NCBI GenBank assembly: GCA_026387835.1
Contig: JAPLKZ010000005.1
Location: 249,596 to 281,595 of the forward strand
Source: Candidatus Saganbacteria bacterium
GTDB taxonomy: Bacteria; Margulisbacteria; WOR-1; JAKLHX01
Reading direction: 5' to 3'
DNA: 32,000 nucleotides
Below, piece by piece: positions 7,361-14,212 of this stretch. A model generated the notes under the pieces. The model searched no databases. It was not told the origin of the DNA and saw only the letters and a list, made by a program, of their open reading frames with translations. Each line of letters begins with the position of its first letter. The stretch's first letter is position 1. Both the position numbers and the translations under genes were made by a program.

Positions 7361-7413
7361 AAGGATTTGCCGCCAAAGCGTAGGGCGTTTCAATTGGAGA
7401 TTTAATAAAATAA
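7359..7413 (+). repeat. Cassette-junction direct repeat C2 (degenerate copy of C1)
   Basis: 44/55 identical to 5935-5989 by hand alignment. It reads KGFAAKA(stop)GVSIGDLIK(stop) and ends 4 nt before the ATG at 7418. Confidence 0.75.
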
Positions 7414-7417
7414 ATTT

Positions 7418-8401
7418 ATGTCATTATTTAAGAAAAAATTAACCGAGCAAGAAGCCGCCTCTCATTTTGTCCTTTATATTACAAAAGAGGCACAAAGTGC
7501 ATGGCCTGCCATTTATAAAAGTCTTCAAGATTCTTTTAAAGATAAATTTGTTGTAGAAGACGAAACAATGGCAGCATTTGATTTGGCTCTTGCCGCAATC
7601 GCCCAAGATTTACAGGCGGTAAATAATTTATTTCCAAAAGACCAAGCAGAAAGAATTGAAAAATGGGTTTTAAAATGCATTAATACTGAAGATTGGGGCG
7701 AATATGCGGTTGGCGAAGTGAAAAAATATGGGGAAAGATTTCAAAAGGATATTCAAAATATCAATGCCGGTGGCGATCCTTTGAGCGCCATCCCAACTCG
7801 CTTACTCCAGCAATGGCTAGGAAAAAATATTCAAGGCTTTGATGTAGAAATGAACGGAAAGAAAACCGGAATTATAAGCCCCTTTCTTCTTATGATGGTT
7901 TCCAGTATGCTTGCCGCCTTTCTTGGAACTTGGAAAAAACTAAAGGATGATTTTAATCTTGTTGAGGGCGACATACCTTTTGATGAAAAACCAAGTGGCT
8001 TGAAAGATTATGTACCCGAGCCGGATGAAAAAAAGCCTAACGGAACTATTCAATATTATGATGAAAACGGGAACCTAAAAGAGAAATGGTTGCCACCGGA
8101 ACAAATAAATGAACTTTTAAAGAAAGACGGCGCAAAGCGACTTTATAAAGTACTCGTTAAGGGACATTGGGACGGTGTTAAGGAAGCCCTTTGGGAACTT
8201 TCTGATGATACTGCTCAAAAATATGTTGATGAAAATGGTTATGCTTATGCAATTTGCACTTACGACACAGGAGAATTAAAATATTACTTTATTTCAAGAA
8301 GATTATGGGAGAAACAAGAGCAAATGGGAAAAATCTTGATGGATCAAAATTTATCACCGGAACAACAGCAAGAAGCAGTTAGAAAATTAATGGATGACTA
8401 A
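7418..8401 (+). CDS. Hypothetical protein (one central hydrophobic helix)
   Basis: 327-aa ORF with AT-rich codon usage like its neighbours. No motif was recognised. Confidence 0.5.
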   Translation: MSLFKKKLTEQEAASHFVLYITKEAQSAWPAIYKSLQDSFKDKFVVEDETMAAFDLALAAIAQDLQAVNNLFPKDQAERIEKWVLKCINTEDWGEYAVGEVKKYGERFQKDIQNINAGGDPLSAIPTRLLQQWLGKNIQGFDVEMNGKKTGIISPFLLMMVSSMLAAFLGTWKKLKDDFNLVEGDIPFDEKPSGLKDYVPEPDEKKPNGTIQYYDENGNLKEKWLPPEQINELLKKDGAKRLYKVLVKGHWDGVKEALWELSDDTAQKYVDENGYAYAICTYDTGELKYYFISRRLWEKQEQMGKILMDQNLSPEQQQEAVRKLMDD

Positions 8402-8432
8402 AATTTCCGCCAAAGAAAAACTTGAAATCGTC
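8402..8432 (+). repeat. Junction repeat C3 / recombinase 5' fragment abutting IR-B
   Basis: 8407-8432 is identical (26 bp) to the reverse complement of 3483-3508 (codons AKEKLEIV). Confidence 0.8.
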
Positions 8433-8544
8433 CAATCCGAAAAGGTCGCCCAGCAGCGGGAACGGGGCGGCGGTTGGATGGCGGCAACCGCCGCCCTAAG
8501 GATCGGCGGTCAGCTCGGTTCTGATATTTTTATATAGTTCCCGA
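8433..8544. repeat. IR-B right copy (112-bp inverted repeat)
   Basis: It is the reverse complement of 3759-3870 with 2 mismatches. The hairpin ggcggcggttg-gatggcgg-caaccgccgcc lies at 8466-8495. Confidence 0.9.
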
Positions 8545-8545
8545 A

Positions 8546-9694
8546 TTATTTCTTCCGCAGCACCCACATCATCTCTTTCACTCTTATATTCCTGTTCCTA
8601 AGGTTCCTTGACCCTCGGTAAGTATTATATTCGCTTGACATAAGCTTCCATTTTCCGTGTTTGGACAGGATGGACTTGAAAGTCTTAACGGGGATTATCC
8701 CTTCATCATTGTAAGAGATAACGATGAATTTAGCTCTGGTGTTTTTCAGAAGTTGGTCCATTGCCTCTTCGGCAAGATGCCTTTTGTTATAAACGGACTT
8801 GTTCCAATCCCGCGTGATCCCGCTGACGCCGTCCTGGATATAAAAGTTTTTATAGTCATTTATAAGGTTCAGCATGAAATAGTTTGACCCGTAAGGATGC
8901 TGGTTATAGGGCGGGTCAAGATAGACAAGATCGAACTCCGGAAGATTTGTGTCTTTAACAAGCCGATTAATATCTTTTTTTAGTACAACGACCTTACACT
9001 CGATATCAGAGAATACCGGCACTTCAAGGGTTATTTCCTTTTTTATCCTTGAGAGGGCATTCTCGCCTTTGCCTCCGAAATGGCCGATGCCGTTCTTCTT
9101 GTGGAACCCTTTGAAGACGCCGGAAGTGTTCGTGTGTATAGATGCTTCCACCAGAAGCGATGCAAGACAGAAGACGCGGTATTTTTCGGGAACGTCTTTG
9201 TCGATGAGTTTCCTAATATTATCGATGACCTGAGCGTTCTTGCTCGTATAAAAAACCCGCTCTCCGGATTTAATATCCATATCATCCTTTGGCGAATAAT
9301 TGAGGCTGATGAAACCTGGCTTATTTATGGATAATTTACGATCATTTAGAATGTCTATGTAATATTCAAGCTTTTTAACATTTATCTCTGATCTGTTTGC
9401 AAGATAACATCTGTTTAGCGTAAAACTGTAATTCTCAAGGTCATTGGCATACAGGACCTTTGCGTAATATTTCAAAAGCCTCGAAACTGAGCCGCTTCCC
9501 GCGAAACCGTCAAGGATAACAAGTTTTTCTTTGTTAAGTATTTTCTTAACTTTAGCAAACCCCTTATTAAGAAAGGAAAGGAGCGACCTTTTATTGCCGA
9601 GATAAGTTATCAGCTGAGAAGAAAAATATGGGGCATCTAAGTCAAGGTATTCCGGGGCATTGCCGGAAAATAAAGATCGTTGTATGTGTGCCAT
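8546..9694 (-). CDS. N6-adenine DNA methyltransferase, D12 (Dam-like, alpha) class
   Basis: YLGNKR is followed by the FAGSGS AdoMet motif, with DPPY (VYLDPPYN) about 200 aa downstream. This motif order is typical of alpha-class adenine methyltransferases. Confidence 0.8.
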   Translation of the reverse strand: MAHIQRSLFSGNAPEYLDLDAPYFSSQLITYLGNKRSLLSFLNKGFAKVKKILNKEKLVILDGFAGSGSVSRLLKYYAKVLYANDLENYSFTLNRCYLANRSEINVKKLEYYIDILNDRKLSINKPGFISLNYSPKDDMDIKSGERVFYTSKNAQVIDNIRKLIDKDVPEKYRVFCLASLLVEASIHTNTSGVFKGFHKKNGIGHFGGKGENALSRIKKEITLEVPVFSDIECKVVVLKKDINRLVKDTNLPEFDLVYLDPPYNQHPYGSNYFMLNLINDYKNFYIQDGVSGITRDWNKSVYNKRHLAEEAMDQLLKNTRAKFIVISYNDEGIIPVKTFKSILSKHGKWKLMSSEYNTYRGSRNLRNRNIRVKEMMWVLRKK

Positions 9695-9783
9695 TAACTA
9701 TGGGGTAATTTTAACATATAAATCTTTAACTGAAAAATACTTGCCATTTTTCCGATATATGTTATTATAATGCCAAATAATCA

Positions 9784-10269
9784 ATGAGAAAGATCTCCAA
9801 AACAAAAGCAATTGCATTTGTAATTTTGTGTTATCTGCTGGCTTTGCCGGCATTATCTGTCCCTGTATTTTTAGACGCCGGATTGAACGCGGGGAACTCC
9901 TCAGACGGCTCTATATCCGGCAAGAAGAATGCATGGTCCAGCAAATCGGGAAAAGATATGGTGTTCTGGATAAAGGTCCAGCCCGGATCCGATCTTGAAG
10001 AAGGTGAAATCAGATATCAGTTCATGCTTGACATGACGGCTCCCGATAAAGAAATGGTTCTTTCAGAAGGCCCTTATAATTTCGATAACGGCGGGGAAGG
10101 CAGGATATTCAAGAATACCTGGTATTTTGCGAACGCCAGGACGATCAATTTTCCGACGCCCGAAGTGTACGGTACCTGGGAGGTCGGCTTCAGTCTGCGG
10201 AACAAAAACACCGGAGAAGTGATAAAGGCAAAGACATTCAACTTCGAGTTCATCGACTCGACAAAGTAA
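9784..10269 (+). CDS. Secreted hypothetical protein (paralog of the next gene)
   Basis: It has a signal-peptide-like N-terminus. It shares MVFWIKVQP / EGPYNFD..G...IFKNTWYF.NA / GTWEVGF motifs with 10289..11056. A possible promoter is ttgcca-17-attata upstream. Confidence 0.6.
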   Translation: MRKISKTKAIAFVILCYLLALPALSVPVFLDAGLNAGNSSDGSISGKKNAWSSKSGKDMVFWIKVQPGSDLEEGEIRYQFMLDMTAPDKEMVLSEGPYNFDNGGEGRIFKNTWYFANARTINFPTPEVYGTWEVGFSLRNKNTGEVIKAKTFNFEFIDSTK

Positions 10270-10288
10270 AAGAAAAGGAGAAAAAGGA

Positions 10289-11056
10289 ATGAAGAAGACA
10301 GTGCTTGCGGCGGCGGTACTTATTATGACGGCGGCATGTGTTTTTGCCGCGCCGGAGTTGAAGGACCTGGGGGTGAGCGCGGGGAGTTTTACGGAGAACA
10401 AAGTACTGGAAACGAAGACAGTGTGGATGTCCCAGCCTGAACAGTGGATGGTGTTCTGGGGCAAGATCGAGCCGAAATCGGATTATGACGGTGATTCCCC
10501 GAGATATTACGGCAAGATAGAGTTCATTTCTCCGGACAACACGCTCAAGATGACGGAAGGGCCGATCGCTTTTGACCCTGACGGGACCGCAAAAATATTT
10601 AAGACAACATCATATTTTATAAATGCAAAAACGCCTGAGGTGCCGAAGCCTTTTGTATTCGGAAGGTGGACAGCGAATTTCTACATGTTTGACGAGAGGA
10701 ATTCAGAGACGGTCCTTGCAAAGACCGCAAATTTCGAACTGATGGAGATGAGGCCAGTAGCCCCGGCAGTCACTACGCCGGAAGCCGTTTCACCGAAGCC
10801 CAGCACTACGGTCGTACCAGTTACACCTGGCATAATGGCGACAGTAGAACCGTCGGCTGTAGGGACCTTTCCGACGCCTGAGGTGAAGTCTGGAGCGGAC
10901 AAGGCAAATGAAGAAGAAGTAAAAAAGTTAAAAGCCGAGCTTGACGAAATAAAAAAGCTGCTCGAAAAAAAGAACGAAAGACCGGCAAGAAAAGCAAGGC
11001 CAAAGCCGGCGCAAAAAAAAGCCCCTGTAATACAAAAGACAAAAAGCACGATCTGA
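10289..11056 (+). CDS. Secreted hypothetical protein with a Pro/Thr-rich linker and a Lys-rich coiled-coil tail
   Basis: Signal peptide MKKTVLAAAVLIMTAACVFAAP. The domain is homologous to the upstream gene. The C-terminus is EEVKKLKAELDEIKKLLEKKNERPARKARPKPAQKK. Confidence 0.6.
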   Translation: MKKTVLAAAVLIMTAACVFAAPELKDLGVSAGSFTENKVLETKTVWMSQPEQWMVFWGKIEPKSDYDGDSPRYYGKIEFISPDNTLKMTEGPIAFDPDGTAKIFKTTSYFINAKTPEVPKPFVFGRWTANFYMFDERNSETVLAKTANFELMEMRPVAPAVTTPEAVSPKPSTTVVPVTPGIMATVEPSAVGTFPTPEVKSGADKANEEEVKKLKAELDEIKKLLEKKNERPARKARPKPAQKKAPVIQKTKSTI

Positions 11057-11113
11057 ATAAAACCGCCGTCTTTAATTGCACGCCAAACGATTTTTTGTTA
11101 GCATAAGATTGAT

Positions 11114-12583
11114 ATGCAGATAAACCTCGCCGGATACAATATCGATGCTGAAGTTCTGGAAGAGCTGAAAAAAGGGCCCGTCCAAAGGCAGGATGTCACG
11201 CCCGAGACGATCTCGGCCGCTTACGCGAGGATCAGCCGCGATCCGAGGCCGATCGACGAACTGCGCAAAGCCGCAAGGCAGGAGGTTGAAAAGGCCAGGA
11301 AGTCGAACAGCAGCATCATATTCAAAATGGGACATCACTCTGTGGCCGAGCACGCCGTATTCAATTTTGATCTGATCGCCATATCGCGCCTCGCCGTGGA
11401 ACACCTGGAGCATTTCAGGCTCTGTTCCTTCACGGAAAAATCCCAGAGATATATAACCCTTGAAGATGATTTTGTGGTCCCGGAAGAAATAAAAGGTTCA
11501 AAAGCTGAAGGGATCTTTGTTTCAACGATAAAGGAACAGAACAGGCTGTACCACCGGCTGAACGAAAAATTGCAGGCCTATGTCCTGAAGAAACACGCTG
11601 TCCTGGCAAAGGACCCGAAGAACGGAGTCCTTCTTGAAGGCTGGGCCAAAGAGGACGCGAGGTACGTGACAGCTCTTGCGACACAGGCGCAGCTGGGCCT
11701 CACGGTGAACGCCAGGAACCTTGAGCTCATGTTCAGGCGTTTCGCGTCGCAGCCCCTCTCAGAGATAAAAGAAATATCGAAAAAGATGTACGGGCTTGCG
11801 GCAAAGATAGCGCCTTCCATTATCTTATTTACGGAAGCGAATGAATTTGACGCAAAAACTTACCAGGAAATTAAATCCAAAATAAATTCAAAAATCAAAA
11901 TTCATCATTCAAAACAACCTGAAGTCAGGTTGATCGATCATACGAAAGATGCCGATGATGTTTTGGTGGCGAGCCTGATGTTCGCAGTGAGCGGAGAGGA
12001 TTTTGAAAGCTGCGAAAAGAAGGTCAAAAAAATGTCCTTGGCAGAAAAAGAGCTTATTGTTAAAACCTCCGGCAAATACATGCAGTTCTATGATACGGTA
12101 CTCCGCGAGTTCGAGAACATCGATGTGACATTTGAAGTAATGCTGTCATCATCCTGTTTTGCGCAGCTTAAACGGCACAGGATGGCGACGATAATAACAC
12201 AGCCGTATGATATCTCTCTCGGTGTGACAGTGCCGCCGTCGATAGACGAAATCGGCATGAAAAAAGCCTTTATGGAGATCATTGCAAGAACGGAAAAAGC
12301 TTATGAGATCGTCATGAAGACAAACTCTGCCGCAGCTCCTTACGTATTGACGAATGCTCACAGGAGAAGGGTCCTGTTCAAATGCAATGCCAGGGAACTG
12401 TATCATCTGTCCAGGCTTCGGGAGGACAGCCACGCGCAGTGGGACATCTGCAATATCTCAAGGATAATGAGCGAAGAAACTAAAAAGGTCATGCCTTTTG
12501 CGATGATGTTCATCGGGGGGAAGGACGGATATCCCGGGATCTATAAAAAGATATTTGGTGAATATCCGAAGGTGATGGGGTGA
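11114..12583 (+). CDS. thyX: Flavin-dependent thymidylate synthase, fused two-domain form
   Basis: The first half has HHSVAEHAVFNF...FTEKSQRY (ThyX core with an S.RY motif). The second half has LKRHRMATIITQ (RHR motif). At 489 aa it is about twice a single ThyX domain. Confidence 0.75.
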   Translation: MQINLAGYNIDAEVLEELKKGPVQRQDVTPETISAAYARISRDPRPIDELRKAARQEVEKARKSNSSIIFKMGHHSVAEHAVFNFDLIAISRLAVEHLEHFRLCSFTEKSQRYITLEDDFVVPEEIKGSKAEGIFVSTIKEQNRLYHRLNEKLQAYVLKKHAVLAKDPKNGVLLEGWAKEDARYVTALATQAQLGLTVNARNLELMFRRFASQPLSEIKEISKKMYGLAAKIAPSIILFTEANEFDAKTYQEIKSKINSKIKIHHSKQPEVRLIDHTKDADDVLVASLMFAVSGEDFESCEKKVKKMSLAEKELIVKTSGKYMQFYDTVLREFENIDVTFEVMLSSSCFAQLKRHRMATIITQPYDISLGVTVPPSIDEIGMKKAFMEIIARTEKAYEIVMKTNSAAAPYVLTNAHRRRVLFKCNARELYHLSRLREDSHAQWDICNISRIMSEETKKVMPFAMMFIGGKDGYPGIYKKIFGEYPKVMG

Positions 12584-12597
12584 GGGCAGGGAAAAAC

Positions 12598-13461
12598 ATG
12601 CTTAAAAGAATTTTGCTGTTAATTTTAGCGGGAGCTCTTATTTTTCAACCATCATTTGCCGCCGGCAGGTTCTCCGGCCTTGAAGGCAAGTTGAGGTCTA
12701 TCGCATATAAGAACTACGGCAGGCAGGTGTTCCGCGGATACTTGATCGGTGTATCGTTCATCGATGTCAATACAAAAAGGGCCGTCTCGGTGAACGGGAG
12801 CAGGCCTTTTCCCGCGGCATCCATAATAAAACTGCCGGTGATGGCATGCTTGTTCTCCATGTCCGACCGTAAGCAGATAAATTTGGGGGAGCACATCTAT
12901 TTTTCGGATGAAGACAAGCTTCCCGGTGCCGGGATACTGCGGTGGCTGCAGCCGAACAGGTATACGCTATGGAATTACTGCAGGATGATGATATCTCTTT
13001 CCGATAATACGGCGACAAGGATCATCATAGGAAGGATAGGCAGAAAAGCCGTGAACAGGTACTGCAGGAAGACAGGACTTTATAAGACCTATTTGTTGAA
13101 TGCGAATCCTCTCACTGAACCTCCGGACAGGACGGTTAACATCACGACCCCTAATGATATCGCAAAATTGCTGCTGAGGATACAGAAAGGGGCGGGCTTT
13201 ACTTCTTCGTCGAGAAAGGACATGCTTTCGTTCATGTTCAGCCAGAAGTACAGGTTCGGCATTCCGTTCGTTTTGCCAAAGGGCTTTAAATGCGCCAACA
13301 AGACCGGCAATATTTCTAACGTCCTCCATGACTGCGCTGTCGTGTACGCCCCGCGCGGCAAATATGTCCTCTGCGTTTTTACGAAAGGTTTCAGGCATGA
13401 CCGGAGCGCGAGGGTGGTGATAAACAAGGTCTCGGCAGCCGTGGCGGGTTATTATAAATAA
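12598..13461 (+). CDS. Class A beta-lactamase-like serine hydrolase (secreted)
   Basis: Motifs ASIIK (S-x-x-K), LSDNTAT (SDN) and NKTGN (KTG). Signal peptide MLKRILLLILAGALIFQPSFAA. I preferred the ATG at 12598 over the GTG at 12580. Confidence 0.7.
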   Translation: MLKRILLLILAGALIFQPSFAAGRFSGLEGKLRSIAYKNYGRQVFRGYLIGVSFIDVNTKRAVSVNGSRPFPAASIIKLPVMACLFSMSDRKQINLGEHIYFSDEDKLPGAGILRWLQPNRYTLWNYCRMMISLSDNTATRIIIGRIGRKAVNRYCRKTGLYKTYLLNANPLTEPPDRTVNITTPNDIAKLLLRIQKGAGFTSSSRKDMLSFMFSQKYRFGIPFVLPKGFKCANKTGNISNVLHDCAVVYAPRGKYVLCVFTKGFRHDRSARVVINKVSAAVAGYYK

Positions 13462-13582
13462 AATAAGTTATAATTATTATATGAGATTAAAGATCATCCC
13501 GATATCTTTGGTGATAGCGGTCACGCTTTTTGCTGGGTTATTACAACTTTAAAAAAGCGTCAAAAAAGATTTTCCCGTCACA

Positions 13583-14155
13583 TTGGAAGGCAGTGTCCTT
13601 CAGTTCGCGTCGAAATACCTCACCCAGGATTGTATGGTTATATCAAAATCAAAACATCTTATTTATTACTGCAATAATGGTTTTATCGTGCGTAATGTGT
13701 CATGGAAAGGTTTCGACCTGAAATTCCCGGCGCCAATTGCTATCGGCATGGGCGGCAGGTATGAGACACCGGCAGGGGAGTATTATATCTGCCAGAAAAA
13801 TGCGGACAGCCGCTTCACGCTTTTTCTGGGACTGAGCTGGCCGAACATCGCGGATGCCAATAAGGCGGTAGAGTTGGGGTCCAGGTTGAGCGCTTCCGAT
13901 TACAGGAGGATCGTGGCAGCTAATATTTTGAGGGCCCAGCCGCCCTGGGACACCCCGCTGGGCGGGACATACGGGATCCACGGTGCGCCTACATATATGA
14001 AATATGCCATCGACAGGATGGAGAAGAAAGATCCGGACCTTATTTATGTAACAAAAAGAGACAATACAAGAGGATGCGTGGCAGTGGAGCACCGCTACCT
14101 GAAATTTCTATTTGCCAATGTCGATGAAGGCACCCCGGTGCTGATAGTAAATTAA
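13583..14155 (+). CDS. L,D-transpeptidase (YkuD) catalytic-domain protein, possibly interrupted (see finding)
   Basis: YGIHGAP...TRGCVAV is the His/Cys catalytic motif. The ORF as tracked starts at a TTG. An in-frame signal-anchor ORF from ATG 13481 is separated from it by TAA at 13550-13552. Confidence 0.65.
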   Translation: MEGSVLQFASKYLTQDCMVISKSKHLIYYCNNGFIVRNVSWKGFDLKFPAPIAIGMGGRYETPAGEYYICQKNADSRFTLFLGLSWPNIADANKAVELGSRLSASDYRRIVAANILRAQPPWDTPLGGTYGIHGAPTYMKYAIDRMEKKDPDLIYVTKRDNTRGCVAVEHRYLKFLFANVDEGTPVLIVN

Positions 14156-14212
14156 ACCTGTGCAAGGAATGCGATTTCTTCTATTCCTGCTGGGGAGAGT
14201 CCGAATACCCGG

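Larger units (their letters stand above)
3759..8544. mobile_element. AT-rich accessory gene block bounded by the 112-bp inverted repeats (possible invertible segment or insertion into a long palindrome)
   Basis: Near-identical long inverted repeats sit at both ends. The interior is visibly more AT-rich than the flanking core genes (not quantified). Its content is nucleases, an HTH protein and unknown membrane proteins. Confidence 0.5.

Noticed and set aside
10063-11081. Long antisense ORFs opposite the two secreted-protein genes, and similar antisense ORFs opposite thyX, gap, pgk and the repeat-protein genes
   Set aside because: In each case the sense ORF has recognisable motifs, signal peptides or an RBS. 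The antisense ORFs are low-complexity and have no start context.
13550-13552. The idea that the in-frame TAA reflects an alternative genetic code
   Set aside because: TAA is used as the terminator of well-conserved full-length genes in this window, including gap, pgk, the HTH gene and the flavodoxin-like gene. Reassignment is therefore not supported.
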